From Gammaproteobacteria bacterium (GTDB taxonomy: Bacteria; Pseudomonadota; Gammaproteobacteria; GCA-002705445; GCA-002716945), in the NCBI GenBank assembly GCA_002716945.1, contig PBCF01000002.1, positions 142,404-206,403 on the forward strand: DNA of 64,000 nucleotides, read 5' to 3'. Below the pieces are notes generated by a model, which was not told the DNA's origin, did not search any database, and saw only the letters and a list, made by a program, of their open reading frames with translations. A program made the translations under genes and the position numbers. Every line of letters begins with the position of its first letter. Position 1 is the first letter of the stretch. Positions 30,643 through 42,105 of this stretch are shown here, piece by piece.

Positions 30643-32898
30643 ATGACAAAAAAGGATAGCTCATTAAAAACTACACACAATAATATTGAAAAACTTTCTG
30701 TAAAAGATTTTACAGAACAAGCATATTTAAATTATTCCATGTATGTAATCCTCGATAGGGCATTACCAAATATTGCTGATGGATTAAAACCAGTTCAAAG
30801 AAGAATATTATTTGCTATGAATGAACTTTCACTTAAGTCAACTTCAAAATTTAAAAAATCAGCTAGAACTATAGGTGATGTTCTTGGAAAATTTCACCCA
30901 CATGGAGACACAGCATGTTATGAGGCAATGGTTATGATGGCTCAACCATTTTCATATAACCACCCATTCATAAATGGACAAGGAAATTGGGGGACTCAAG
31001 ACGATCCGAAATCTTTTGCTGCAATGAGGTATACAGAATCACGTTTAACTGAATTTTCCGATCTATTATTAGATGAAATAAGAATGGGAACAGTGGATTG
31101 GAATTTAAATTTTGATGGAACATTAGAAGAACCACAAATTCTACCATCAATGATACCAAATATTTTAATCAACGGAAGTAGTGGTATAGCTGTAGGTATG
31201 TCTACAGATATACCATCACACAATCTATCTGAAGTTCTTAGAGCTACAATAGCATTATTAGATAAACCGAAATCATCGATCAAAGAAATCAGATCTCATT
31301 TGATTGGGCCAGATTTTCCTACTGGAGGTGAACTAATTTCTAATGACTCAGAGCTAAATGATATATATGAGCATGGAACAGGGAATATAAAAATAAGAGC
31401 AACATATAGCGCAAAGGGAAAAGAAATCGTTATAAACTCTATACCTTATCAGGCTACTATTTCAAAGATTATCGAACAAATACAGGAACAAATATATACC
31501 AAAAAAACAAAATTCATCGATTCCATTGAAGATGAATCTGATCAAGAACATCCAGTTCGTCTTGTTTTAAGGACTAAGGGTAGATCATTCGCTAGCGAAG
31601 ATGTTATGTCACATCTTTTTTATACAACAGATTTAGAAAAGAATTATAGAGTAAATATGAACATGATTGGCTTAAACGGAAAACCTCAAGTCAAAAATAT
31701 CATAGAAATCATTTCTGAATGGATTAAATTTAGAAAAAACACTATTACTAGAAAACTAGAATGGGAATTAGATAAAGTAAAAAAAAGAATACATATACTC
31801 AAGGCGTACATTATTGTATACACAAATTTAAACGATATTATCAAAATTATAAGAAACAAAGATAATCCAAAAGTTATTTTGCAAAAGCGTTACAAATTTA
31901 CTGATACTCAATACGATGCAATTATTGATATGAAAATAAGAAGTTTGGCGAAATTGCATGAGATAGAAATTAATAAGGAACTTGATATATTATCTACTCG
32001 TGAAAAAGATATATCTTCTATATTGTCATCTAAAGCAAAATTAACCAAACTGATAAAAGATAATTTAAAAAATATATCTCAAAAATATCACAGAGAAAGA
32101 GTTACCAACATTGTACAATCACAACCAGCTAAAGCTATTAAAATTTTACCGACTATATCAAAAGACCCAGTTAGTATAATTTTATCTAAAAATGGATGGG
32201 TTAAAGTTGTCAAAGGACATGATATTGATCTCAAACTTATTTCTTATAAAACTGGGGATAATTATTTATCACATATTACCAGTAACTTAAATGAACAAAT
32301 TTCTTTCTTTGATCAAAGAGGTTCTGTTTATAGTGTTGAAATTTCCAATTTACCTTTAAGCAGAGGGCATGGAGAGCCACTGAGTAAATTTTTTGCTATT
32401 TCTGATGGAACATCATTTGTGGGGTTAACTAATATAGATAAAAATAAAGCTATCTTAAACGCTTCAAGTCAAGGCTATGGTTTTGTTTGTTTGTATGAAG
32501 ATATAATTGCGCCTAGAAAAAAGGGAAAAGTTTTATTACGCACAAAAGATTCAAATGCTTTACACCCAGTAACATTAGATTTAGATGTTGATAACTATTA
32601 TATTGTTATCACAAGTGAGAATTATATGTTAATAGGAGAACTCAAAGAATTACCAATTCTTAATAAAGGGAAAGGAGTTAAATTGATAAACTTATCTAAC
32701 ACGCAAAATGAGACCATAATTTTTTTAGGTATTTTAAGAAATGGGCAATCTTTGTCAATAATTAGTGAAACTAAAAGAACCAAAACTCTAGACTTTGAAA
32801 TTCTCAAAAAATATATAATGAAACGCACTAGAAGGGGTAAAAAAATTGAACAAAAGTTTTTGCATCGAACCGGCAAATCAAATTATAATATAAATTAA
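30643..32898 (+). CDS. parC: DNA topoisomerase IV subunit A
   Basis: [21 protein letters not shown]; no GyrA box; follows parE. Confidence 0.96.
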   Translation: MTKKDSSLKTTHNNIEKLSVKDFTEQAYLNYSMYVILDRALPNIADGLKPVQRRILFAMNELSLKSTSKFKKSARTIGDVLGKFHPHGDTACYEAMVMMAQPFSYNHPFINGQGNWGTQDDPKSFAAMRYTESRLTEFSDLLLDEIRMGTVDWNLNFDGTLEEPQILPSMIPNILINGSSGIAVGMSTDIPSHNLSEVLRATIALLDKPKSSIKEIRSHLIGPDFPTGGELISNDSELNDIYEHGTGNIKIRATYSAKGKEIVINSIPYQATISKIIEQIQEQIYTKKTKFIDSIEDESDQEHPVRLVLRTKGRSFASEDVMSHLFYTTDLEKNYRVNMNMIGLNGKPQVKNIIEIISEWIKFRKNTITRKLEWELDKVKKRIHILKAYIIVYTNLNDIIKIIRNKDNPKVILQKRYKFTDTQYDAIIDMKIRSLAKLHEIEINKELDILSTREKDISSILSSKAKLTKLIKDNLKNISQKYHRERVTNIVQSQPAKAIKILPTISKDPVSIILSKNGWVKVVKGHDIDLKLISYKTGDNYLSHITSNLNEQISFFDQRGSVYSVEISNLPLSRGHGEPLSKFFAISDGTSFVGLTNIDKNKAILNASSQGYGFVCLYEDIIAPRKKGKVLLRTKDSNALHPVTLDLDVDNYYIVITSENYMLIGELKELPILNKGKGVKLINLSNTQNETIIFLGILRNGQSLSIISETKRTKTLDFEILKKYIMKRTRRGKKIEQKFLHRTGKSNYNIN

Positions 32899-32899
32899 T

Positions 32900-33817
32900 A
32901 TGAAGCGAATATTTTTTTTCATCATTGTCAATATAGCAATACTACTTGTATTAAGTATATTCCTGTATTTGATTGGATTTGAAGGAATTCTCCAGCAAAA
33001 TGGAGTTGATCTGAACTATCATTCTCTTATGATTTTTTCACTGGTATTTGGAATGGGAGGGTCATTCATATCATTGTATATGTCTAAATGGATGGCTAAA
33101 TCACTAGCTGGTGTTCAAATAATAAAATTACCAAGAAATGATTTTGAAAAATGGTATTTTGAAACAGTAAAAAAACAATCAAATATTTTAGATTTAAAAA
33201 TGCCAGAAATAGGAATTTTTCAATCTGAAGCGCCAAATGCTTTTGCAACGGGTGCATCAAAGAATAGTTCTTTAATTGCTTTAAGTACAGGACTAATAAG
33301 TAAGATGAATAAATCTGAAGTTGAAGCTGTGATTGGCCATGAAATGAGTCATGTTGCGAATGGAGATATGGTGACACTTAGTCTTATACAAGGAGTTATT
33401 AATGCGTTTGTAATATTCTTTTCTAGAATTATTGGACATTTTGTAGATAGAGTAATTTTAAAAAATGATCGAGGTTATGGAATTGGTTATTTCTTTACCG
33501 TTATTTTTGCGCAAATAATTTTAGGTATATTAGCATCAACTATTGTTTGTTGGTATTCAAGAATGAGAGAATTTAGAGCTGATATAGGCGGAGCACAACT
33601 AAGTGGTAAGGAAAATATGATATCAGCATTAAAGGCACTAGAGAAATTCAGTGCAGCTAAATTGCCCGATCAAATGTTAGCATTTGGTATTTCAAATAAA
33701 GGTCAAACTTCTACATTTCAAAAATTATTCTCCACTCATCCTCCATTAAGAAAAAGAATACAAGCTCTAGAAAATAAAAACATTACAACAATAACCAATC
33801 AACACCCGGCTGCTTAA
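32900..33817 (+). CDS. htpX: Membrane zinc protease HtpX
   Basis: PNAFATG, HEMSHV.NGD, REFRAD, THPPL. Confidence 0.95.
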   Translation: MKRIFFFIIVNIAILLVLSIFLYLIGFEGILQQNGVDLNYHSLMIFSLVFGMGGSFISLYMSKWMAKSLAGVQIIKLPRNDFEKWYFETVKKQSNILDLKMPEIGIFQSEAPNAFATGASKNSSLIALSTGLISKMNKSEVEAVIGHEMSHVANGDMVTLSLIQGVINAFVIFFSRIIGHFVDRVILKNDRGYGIGYFFTVIFAQIILGILASTIVCWYSRMREFRADIGGAQLSGKENMISALKALEKFSAAKLPDQMLAFGISNKGQTSTFQKLFSTHPPLRKRIQALENKNITTITNQHPAA

Positions 33818-34383
33818 TGGCTGAAAATACATCACCACTAAAAAATGGAAGTAAAGTTCTAATAGACAATCAACCTTATTTAATTTTAGAAACGGATTTT
33901 GTAAACCCAGGCAAAGGACAAGCATTTACACGTATCAAGATTCGTAATCTTTTGAATAATAAAGTACTTGAAAAGACCATAAAAATTGGAGAATCTCTGG
34001 CAGAAGCAGACATAACAAACAAGCCAATGCAATTTTTATACAAAGAGCAATCAAAACTAATATTTATGGATTTACAATCATATGAGCAAAATAGTGTTGA
34101 TATTGATACTGTTTCAATTAATATTGCTTGGCTACAAGAAGGAGAAGAGCGTGATGTTGTTATATGGAATGGAAACATAATACAAATAGAATTACCAAAA
34201 TATGTAAATCAAGTTGTAGTTTCGACTGAAGAAACAATTAAAGGAGATACGGTATCATCAACTTTAAAAGATGCAAAATTAGAAAATGGTATAGTATTAA
34301 AGGTTCCTATGTTTATCAAACAAGGTGAGTTGATAAGAGTTGATACACACACTTGTGAGTATTCATCAAGAGCAAAAGATTAG
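33817..34383 (+). CDS. efp: Elongation factor P
   Basis: PGKG loop, GDT, VPMFI..GE...VDT. Confidence 0.95.
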   Translation: MAENTSPLKNGSKVLIDNQPYLILETDFVNPGKGQAFTRIKIRNLLNNKVLEKTIKIGESLAEADITNKPMQFLYKEQSKLIFMDLQSYEQNSVDIDTVSINIAWLQEGEERDVVIWNGNIIQIELPKYVNQVVVSTEETIKGDTVSSTLKDAKLENGIVLKVPMFIKQGELIRVDTHTCEYSSRAKD

Positions 34384-34767
34384 ATGTCAAAGATCCAAGA
34401 TAGAAAAAAACAAGCAATACAGCAAATTCAAGACGCAAAAGTAAAAACAAATAAATATATTGTAGCGGCAGTACTATGGTTTATTTCTAGTTTGTATATT
34501 TATTCTACAGACGTTGGCTTTTCTGATGTTTATTCTTGGAAACCTTTTGTGTTTTTTATAGTTGGCCCCATTTTTGCGGCTATGATTTTTGGTAATATTA
34601 TGTTTTACCTTCAAAGAATAATTGAAAAAACTGTCATTTCTTGGTTTGCACAATCTAGACCAATTTTAATAACACCAACTATAGTTTTCTTTTTCTTTTG
34701 TTTTATGGTTGCAATATTCATTATAATATTTAAATTTGCAGAAGCACTTCAATTGTTACTTAGTTAG
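34384..34767 (+). CDS. Hypothetical membrane protein (about 3 TM)
   Basis: 127-aa ORF abutting efp, with three hydrophobic segments. Confidence 0.7.
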   Translation: MSKIQDRKKQAIQQIQDAKVKTNKYIVAAVLWFISSLYIYSTDVGFSDVYSWKPFVFFIVGPIFAAMIFGNIMFYLQRIIEKTVISWFAQSRPILITPTIVFFFFCFMVAIFIIIFKFAEALQLLLS

Positions 34768-34852
34768 TAATTAGTGAATGTAAAGGGTAACTCTAACCAT
34801 TATATATAAATATTTCATATTGTAATTATAACAGAGATAGGTATAAGTTAAT

Positions 34853-35851
34853 TTATTCAGAAATCATATTTAACAATTTTAAATAGACATCTATATGGTT
34901 TCTACGGTTAAAAACACGCTTTACATGATCTTTGTGGTTTGAATTAGGGTTTAATTCTATACCCCATAATGCGTTTATATCATTAGGAAACATAGAATAG
35001 CGAACATCTATTATACGATTAGGAAATTTAGGAGATAAGGAAACATATCCATTTGAGAACCACCTAAAACGCTCAATATCTTTTGCTTGTTGCGAATTTT
35101 TATTTAACCATGGAAAGGATTTTTTTATATTTAATTTATTAACTTTAGTTCCTGGAATAATTTTTGTATTCAGTAATAACTTAACTGCATCAACATGATA
35201 TTGTGAATCAGTAGTATAAATAGTTTTCCACAATATTATATTTCCGAAACTTGGTTTAGCTATAATCTCTGTTGGTAAATGACCTCTACTATGAGCTAAA
35301 TCTAAAGCAATATTTTCTGCTCTATTTTTTTGGATATGCCCAAAAGAGTGATAAATTAAAATCCATATCAACGCATAATATGAATAAATTTTCTTTCTTT
35401 TAAACATAGCAAAAAAAATTAAAATAAATAAAGGTAAAGTAAAAATAGGATCAATTATAGAGATGGTATTCCAAGCTACACGATGATTGGATAATGGCCA
35501 AAACAGTTGTGTTCCGTATGAGGTACAAGAATCAAGAAATCCATGTGTAAGATATCCCAATGTGCAGTAAATATAGGTTTCTTTAAAAGAAATTTCTCTA
35601 TTTCTCAGAAACAAATAATAAAAAAATGAAGCACATATAAATCCTCCGATAGGTATAAAAAATATTGAGTGAGTGAACTGACGATGAAACTCTAACGAAA
35701 ATAATGGATCATGTTGTGACTTAATTAATATATCTAAATCAGGAGCCAGTCCTGAAAAGAATCCAAGTAATGTAGCTATTATATAATGTTTGCGTTTGGT
35801 TGGTTGCTGTGCTGCTACTGCTCCGACAACTCCTTGTGATAGAGGATCCAT
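34853..35851 (-). CDS. Membrane-bound metal-dependent hydrolase (YdjM/DUF457-like)
   Basis: PDLD, HRQFTHS, HGFLD..TSYG motifs. Confidence 0.8.
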   Translation of the reverse strand: MDPLSQGVVGAVAAQQPTKRKHYIIATLLGFFSGLAPDLDILIKSQHDPLFSLEFHRQFTHSIFFIPIGGFICASFFYYLFLRNREISFKETYIYCTLGYLTHGFLDSCTSYGTQLFWPLSNHRVAWNTISIIDPIFTLPLFILIFFAMFKRKKIYSYYALIWILIYHSFGHIQKNRAENIALDLAHSRGHLPTEIIAKPSFGNIILWKTIYTTDSQYHVDAVKLLLNTKIIPGTKVNKLNIKKSFPWLNKNSQQAKDIERFRWFSNGYVSLSPKFPNRIIDVRYSMFPNDINALWGIELNPNSNHKDHVKRVFNRRNHIDVYLKLLNMISE

Positions 35852-35859
35852 TTATTATT

Positions 35860-36222
35860 TTAGTTTCTCCTTTGTTTGTTAAGTATAAACCCATAAATTA
35901 ATATGTTTAAGATTATTAGTGTCCCACCAAGGTATATTTGCAAATCTTTTGTTAAACCTATTGGATAGACAATGGGCATTATATAGTGTTGAATAAACCC
36001 TTCAGAATAAGTTGTTTGATTGGCTTTATATAAAAGCCAATTTTCAAGGTGTGTAAGAGGACATGAAGAATGACTAAACATGATATAAGAACCCCAAATT
36101 AAAGCAGGAAAATGTATAAAGACAACCTTTTTTGAAATAAAAAACAACAATCCACCGAATATAACAAAGATAATAAAAGCGAAATGAATAATTAGTATTA
36201 GATTTGCTGCTAGTTCATACAT
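35860..36222 (-). CDS. DUF2784-like membrane protein
   Basis: H.AFI.FV.FGG, CPLT.LE.WL, FIQHY..P..YP; probable ATG at 36222. Confidence 0.75.
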   Translation of the reverse strand: MYELAANLILIIHFAFIIFVIFGGLLFFISKKVVFIHFPALIWGSYIMFSHSSCPLTHLENWLLYKANQTTYSEGFIQHYIMPIVYPIGLTKDLQIYLGGTLIILNILIYGFILNKQRRN

Positions 36223-36271
36223 TATTCTATAAAATTGTATATAAAAATATCTTATTGTACTATGTCTATTT

Positions 36272-36937
36272 ATGAATATATTATCAATTGATACATCTAC
36301 AGACAAAGTTTCGGTCGCCCTAAAGATAAACAACAAGGTTGATGTGTTAGAAAACAATCAAAAAATTCGCGCAAGTCAAATTATACTATCAGTGATAGAT
36401 GAGATATTGAAGAAAAATAAAATTAAGAGTGAAGACTTAAAAGCTATAACCTTCAACAAAGGACCTGCAAGTTTTACCGGTACTAGAATCGCAGCGTCAA
36501 TAGCACAGGCCATTGGTTATTCAAATAATATCCCTGTTTTTGGAATTTCATCATTGAGTTTGATGGCGTATAGCACAAATGTAGAATATAAATGTAAAAA
36601 AATGCTTTGCGTAAAAAAAGCATTTGGTAATTTAGTTTATTGGGCAATTTTTGATATAGATAAATACAAATTTTCCCCTATATCAGGAAATCATTTAACT
36701 AATTTCAATGAAATACAAATTGATACAAAAGATAAATATTGTGTTGTGTCTGATTGCATGGATGAACTTTTTGAAAGTAAAAAACTAAACGATCCAAATA
36801 TTATAAAAATAAATTATACCGAGCATGAACCAGCAAAGAAGCTTATTAATTATGTTGTACAAGAAGATGATTTAGAAAAATCATTTAATTATGAGGATAC
36901 TCTTCCTGATTATGCCGGACATAGTATAAATGATTAA
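36272..36937 (+). CDS. tsaB: t6A37 biosynthesis protein TsaB
   Basis: ILSIDTST, GPASFTG.R. Confidence 0.9.
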   Translation: MNILSIDTSTDKVSVALKINNKVDVLENNQKIRASQIILSVIDEILKKNKIKSEDLKAITFNKGPASFTGTRIAASIAQAIGYSNNIPVFGISSLSLMAYSTNVEYKCKKMLCVKKAFGNLVYWAIFDIDKYKFSPISGNHLTNFNEIQIDTKDKYCVVSDCMDELFESKKLNDPNIIKINYTEHEPAKKLINYVVQEDDLEKSFNYEDTLPDYAGHSIND

Positions 36938-37794
36938 TTTTTCGATTCTCCTATAATTTCACCAACTCTAATTGATTTGCCACGTTTTATATTTGATGAA
37001 AAAATAATGTTTTGATCAAATAATAAAATTACGCATGAACCTGTTTTGAACATGCCAACTTCATCGCCTTTTTTAAAAGATATAGATTTCCTTGAATAGT
37101 TAGTTACAATTGTTTTTTTTGGATAGGGAGGAGAGATTTCACCTTTCCAGACAACTTCTATAGACGAGACATTAATTGCTCCGACAAGAATTACAGAAAA
37201 ATTTGTTAAATTATTTTTGAAGTTACATATTAATCTTTCGTTTATTGAATATAAATTTTTTATCACTTTGACTCCATGCGAGGCTACACTAAATAATCTA
37301 CCAGGGATATGAATGGTTTTATACAAGTTGCCTTCATAAGGCATGTGGACACGATGATAATCCTTGGGTGAAAGATAAAAGGTTATATAACTTCCATCCT
37401 TATATGAAAATGATAATTCTTTGTCATAGTTTAATAAGCTTTCAATTGAAATATGTTTCCCTTTAACTTGTAAAATTAGATTATTTTTTATTCTTCCAAA
37501 TTCTAGTATTTTTCCATCGCAGGAAGATGTTATACATTTTTTTCTAGTGTCAATTTTATGTATATTTTTTTTTAACTTTCTTGTAAAAAAATCACAAAAA
37601 GTTTCATAATCTTCAGCAGATGTAAATTCACATTCATTCATATTTACTTTAAACATCTTTATGTATATTTTTATCAAAACATTCTTCAGAGGGTGTTTTG
37701 TTCTTGTTAACACATAAGTACATCTTGAAACAAGATGATGAGGAAGGATATATAACCAATATGCTTTAATGAAGTCTTTTATGTTGCTTATCAT
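36934..37794 (-). CDS. psd: Phosphatidylserine decarboxylase proenzyme
   Basis: FFTRKL, YLSPKDYHRVHMP, VGAINV, GS cleavage site in FKTGSC. Confidence 0.93.
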   Translation of the reverse strand: MISNIKDFIKAYWLYILPHHLVSRCTYVLTRTKHPLKNVLIKIYIKMFKVNMNECEFTSAEDYETFCDFFTRKLKKNIHKIDTRKKCITSSCDGKILEFGRIKNNLILQVKGKHISIESLLNYDKELSFSYKDGSYITFYLSPKDYHRVHMPYEGNLYKTIHIPGRLFSVASHGVKVIKNLYSINERLICNFKNNLTNFSVILVGAINVSSIEVVWKGEISPPYPKKTIVTNYSRKSISFKKGDEVGMFKTGSCVILLFDQNIIFSSNIKRGKSIRVGEIIGESKN

Positions 37795-37898
37795 AATTAC
37801 TTTTATAATAATTTAATTATTAGTGTAAATATTATATAATGTTACAGCAAATATATGATATTTGTTAATTATTTAATCGTTCAATACTTCTTATTATT

Positions 37899-38960
37899 AT
37901 GTCAGGCAATACATTTGGAAAAATATTTACATTAACAACATTCGGCGAAAGTCATGGCAAAGCGCTTGGCTGCATTGTTGATGGATGCCCTCCTAATATG
38001 AAATTAGATGAGTCTGACATTCAAATTGACCTCAACCGAAGAAAACCTGGTCAATCTAAATATACGACTCAAAGAAAAGAGAGTGATACTGTTGAAATTT
38101 TATCAGGTATTTTTGAAGGAAAAACAACCGGCACACCAATTGCTTTAATAATCTATAATGAAGATCATAAACCAAAAGATTATTCGGAAATTAAAGAAAA
38201 ATTTAGACCTGGGCACGCTGATTATACCTATACCCAGAAATATGGTATACGAGATTATAGAGGGGCTGGACGTTCCTCAGCAAGGGAGACTGTCGCAAGA
38301 GTTGCTGGTGGTGCAATTGCAAAAAAATACTTACAAGAATCTATTGGTATAAAAATTTTAGGTTATGTTTCTCAAATAGGCATTCACAAGCCTAAAAAAA
38401 TAGATATTCTATCTGCAAATAAAAATGATTTCTTTTTTCCAGATTCAGATATGATTCCAACTTTAGAGCAATATATTGACGAAATAAGAAAAGATGGTGA
38501 CTCAATAGGGGCTGAAGTCACAATTGTTGTACAAAATATGAAACCTGGATTAGGAAACCCAGTTTTTGATAAATTAGATGCTTTGCTTGCATATGCAATG
38601 ATGTCAATTAATGCAGTTAAAGGCGTTGAAATTGGTAGTGGTTTTGATGTTATAAAAATGAAAGGATCAGAATCTAGAGATGAAATTACTACTAAAGGTT
38701 TCCAGAGCAATAATGCAGGTGGAACTTTAGGTGGCATTTCAACTGGACAAGATTTAATAATTAAATTGGCTTTAAAACCAACATCAAGTATTTTAAAATC
38801 CGCTAAAACAATTAATCAGGATAATCAGGATACAACTATTTCGACTAAAGGTAGACATGATCCATGTGTAGGTATACGCGCTACTCCTATAGCAGAAGCA
38901 ATGGCCGCACTAGTGCTTTGTGATTTATTTTTGCGACATCGAGCTCAAATCAAAGAATAA
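37899..38960 (+). CDS. aroC: Chorismate synthase
   Basis: FGESHG, RPGHAD, RSSARET, GRHDPC. Confidence 0.98.
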   Translation: MSGNTFGKIFTLTTFGESHGKALGCIVDGCPPNMKLDESDIQIDLNRRKPGQSKYTTQRKESDTVEILSGIFEGKTTGTPIALIIYNEDHKPKDYSEIKEKFRPGHADYTYTQKYGIRDYRGAGRSSARETVARVAGGAIAKKYLQESIGIKILGYVSQIGIHKPKKIDILSANKNDFFFPDSDMIPTLEQYIDEIRKDGDSIGAEVTIVVQNMKPGLGNPVFDKLDALLAYAMMSINAVKGVEIGSGFDVIKMKGSESRDEITTKGFQSNNAGGTLGGISTGQDLIIKLALKPTSSILKSAKTINQDNQDTTISTKGRHDPCVGIRATPIAEAMAALVLCDLFLRHRAQIKE

Positions 38961-38982
38961 TAAAATTTATGTTGGATTTAAT

Positions 38983-40386
38983 ATGAAACAAACTTTGTAC
39001 GACAAAATTTGGGATGAACATCAAGTATTAGTGAATAATGACCAATCATCACTTTTATATATAGATAAACATCTAATACATGAAGTGACATCACCACAAG
39101 CTTTTGATGGATTATCTATGCAGAAAAGAGATGTTTGGAATACTGAAACAATAGTTGCGGTATCGGATCATAACGTCCCTACGACTAATAGAAATTTAGG
39201 AATTACGGATAAAATATCTAAATTACAAGTTGAGACATTAATTAATAATTGTAAAAAGCACAATATAAATTATTTTGACTTGAATGATATTAACCAAGGA
39301 ATTGTTCATGTAATAGGTCCAGAGTTAGGAATTACACAGCCGGGTATGACTTTAGTTTGCGGAGATTCACATACATCAACTCATGGGGCAATAGCTGCAC
39401 TTGCATTTGGTATTGGAACTAGTGACGTTGAACATGTTTTAGCTACACAATGTATAAATTTAAAAAAAGAAAAAAATTATAAAATATGTATTAATAATAT
39501 TCTAAATGATCATGTAACTTCTAAAGATCTTATACTTTATATAATTAAAACCATAGGCACATCGGGTGGCACAGGTTATACATTTGAGTTTATGGGAGAT
39601 TGTATTGATAATTTATCTATAGAAGCTCGAATGACTATTTGTAACATGAGCATAGAGGCTGGTGCTAAATCAGGTTTGATAGCATTTGATGACACTACTT
39701 TAAATTATTTATTAAAAAGAAAAAATTGTCCTTCAAAAATATATATTGATAATGCCATCAAGTATTGGGAAACCTTGCATAGTGATGAGGGAGCAGTTTT
39801 TGAAAATGAAATAGTTATAGATGCAGATAAAGTTACACCACAAGTAACATGGGGAACATCGCCTGAAATGGCATTATCTATTAATGAAAAGATCCCAAAT
39901 CCTGAAAATTTTAAAACTATTGATAAACAACAATCATACCAAAGAGCTCTCGATTATATGGGCCTTCAGCCCAATCAAGACATAAAATCTATAATGTTAG
40001 ATAAAATATTTATTGGATCTTGCACTAATTCTCGTATTGAAGATCTTCGGATGGCTGCCCAAATAGTTTCAGGTAAAGAAATTGCAAAAAATATAAAACA
40101 AGCCATAGTAGTTCCGGGATCAGGACATGTTAAAGCGCAAGCTGAATCCGAAGGAATTGATCAAATATTTATTCAATCTGGTTTTGAATGGCGCGATCCT
40201 GGATGTTCTATGTGTTTAGGAATGAATGAAGATCAATTAGAACCTTATGAAAGATGTGCATCAACTTCTAATAGAAATTTTGAGGGTAGACAGGGAGATA
40301 AAGGTAGAACGCATTTAGCAAGCCCTGCTATGGTTGCTTTAGCTGCAATCAAAGGACATTTTGATGATATTACCGAACATATGTAA
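38983..40386 (+). CDS. leuC: 3-isopropylmalate dehydratase large subunit
   Basis: [38 protein letters not shown] at 38983. Confidence 0.97.
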   Translation: MKQTLYDKIWDEHQVLVNNDQSSLLYIDKHLIHEVTSPQAFDGLSMQKRDVWNTETIVAVSDHNVPTTNRNLGITDKISKLQVETLINNCKKHNINYFDLNDINQGIVHVIGPELGITQPGMTLVCGDSHTSTHGAIAALAFGIGTSDVEHVLATQCINLKKEKNYKICINNILNDHVTSKDLILYIIKTIGTSGGTGYTFEFMGDCIDNLSIEARMTICNMSIEAGAKSGLIAFDDTTLNYLLKRKNCPSKIYIDNAIKYWETLHSDEGAVFENEIVIDADKVTPQVTWGTSPEMALSINEKIPNPENFKTIDKQQSYQRALDYMGLQPNQDIKSIMLDKIFIGSCTNSRIEDLRMAAQIVSGKEIAKNIKQAIVVPGSGHVKAQAESEGIDQIFIQSGFEWRDPGCSMCLGMNEDQLEPYERCASTSNRNFEGRQGDKGRTHLASPAMVALAAIKGHFDDITEHM

Positions 40387-41033
40387 TGAAAAAAACAATT
40401 ATTAAAGGTCAAGTCATCCCTATTAATGAATCTAATATTGATACAGATATAATAATTCCTAAACAATATTTGAAATCAATAAAGAAAACAGGATTTGGTC
40501 CTTATCTATTTGATTCATGGAGATATGAAGAGCCTGGAGAATTAGACTCTAAAGTTAGTAGAACTCCTAAATCAAAGTTTATATTGAATAAAAAACCATA
40601 TTCCAATGGCAAAATATTATTAGTTGGAGATAATTTTGGTTGTGGATCATCAAGAGAACATGCAGTTTGGGCTATCAAAGATTATGGGATTGATGCTGTA
40701 ATATCACCTTCATTTGCTGATATTTTTTTTAGAAATAGTATTAAGAATCAATTGTTGCCCATAAAACTCGAAAAACAAAATATTATTAATCTTTTTTCTG
40801 AGTGTTTGTCATCTAACCAATATGAATTGACAATTGATATTGAAAAACAGACAATTACATCTCCAAATAATGAAATAATAAAATTTGATATAGATGCAAA
40901 TGATAAAGACAGAATAATGTTTGGATATGACGATATTGAACTTACATTGAAAAATAAAGATAAAATCCTATCTTACGAAAATAATATGAAAAAAAATAAA
41001 CCGTGGTTATTTAAGAGAGATAATGAAAAATAA
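40386..41033 (+). CDS. leuD: 3-isopropylmalate dehydratase small subunit
   Basis: NIDTD.IIP, NFGCGSSREHA. Confidence 0.97.
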   Translation: MKKTIIKGQVIPINESNIDTDIIIPKQYLKSIKKTGFGPYLFDSWRYEEPGELDSKVSRTPKSKFILNKKPYSNGKILLVGDNFGCGSSREHAVWAIKDYGIDAVISPSFADIFFRNSIKNQLLPIKLEKQNIINLFSECLSSNQYELTIDIEKQTITSPNNEIIKFDIDANDKDRIMFGYDDIELTLKNKDKILSYENNMKKNKPWLFKRDNEK

Positions 41034-42105
41034 TATATTGTTGTTACCAGGTGATGGTGTTGGCCCTGAAGTTATGTCTGAGGCAGTGAAATTAATTGAT
41101 TGTTTCAATTCACATAAGTTGACTAATATAAATTATGAATATTCTGATATAGGAAGTATTGCTCTTGATAATTATAATGCTCCATTACCAGAAATTACAC
41201 TTACAAAGGCATTAAAAGCTGATTGTGTTCTCTTAGGTGCTATTGGAACACCTAAACATGATAATAATCCGCGAGAATTAAAACCAGAATATGGACTCCT
41301 TTGTCTGAGAAAAGCGTTAAATTTATATGTAAACGTAAGACCTATTATGTCCTTTGAAGCTTTGTCTGATAGTTCAACATTGAAATCTGAAGTTATAAGT
41401 AATATGGATATTTTGATAATAAGAGAACTTATAGGCGACATATACTTTGGAGAACCACGTGGTTTTAATACTGATTCCGATGATGTGTATGCATATAACA
41501 CAATGAAATATTCAAAAAACGAGATCACGAGAATTGCTAACTTTGCTTTTGATGCGGCAATGCATAGATCTAAGAAAGTTACATCTGTTGATAAGGCCAA
41601 TGTCCTAGAAACATCCCAGTTATGGCGTGAAACAGTAACTGACATAGCTTCATCAAATTATAATAAAATTAATCTGAATCATATGTATATAGATAATGCG
41701 GCTATGCAATTAATAAAAAACCCGAAACAATTTGATGTGATTTTGACTAGTAATATGTTTGGAGATATATTGTCAGATGAAGCATCTATGCTTACTGGAT
41801 CAATTGGCATGCTACCATCAGCTTCTCTATCAAATAAATATGCCTTATATGAACCTATACATGGATCAGCTCCTGATATTGCTAACAAAGGGACAGTAAA
41901 TCCTCTTGCAATGATATTGTCATGTGCAATGATGTTTGAATTTACTTTTAATAATATAAAACTATCTAATCTGATTAAAAATGCAGTAAATGATGTTTTG
42001 AAAAATGGTATCATGACCCAAGATATATCAGCTTCTAATGATTATATATCTACAAGCGAGATGGGCGATAAAATTGTTGAATATGTAAGTAAAAGTGTTA
42101 AATAA
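41023..42105 (+). CDS. leuB: 3-isopropylmalate dehydrogenase
   Basis: PGDGVGPE, VDKANVL, NMFGDILSD, EPIHGSAPD. Confidence 0.97.
   Translation: MKNNILLLPGDGVGPEVMSEAVKLIDCFNSHKLTNINYEYSDIGSIALDNYNAPLPEITLTKALKADCVLLGAIGTPKHDNNPRELKPEYGLLCLRKALNLYVNVRPIMSFEALSDSSTLKSEVISNMDILIIRELIGDIYFGEPRGFNTDSDDVYAYNTMKYSKNEITRIANFAFDAAMHRSKKVTSVDKANVLETSQLWRETVTDIASSNYNKINLNHMYIDNAAMQLIKNPKQFDVILTSNMFGDILSDEASMLTGSIGMLPSASLSNKYALYEPIHGSAPDIANKGTVNPLAMILSCAMMFEFTFNNIKLSNLIKNAVNDVLKNGIMTQDISASNDYISTSEMGDKIVEYVSKSVK

Noticed and set aside
38961..38982. Leucine attenuator before leuC
   Set aside because: Only 22 nt separate aroC and leuC, with no leader peptide or hairpins.
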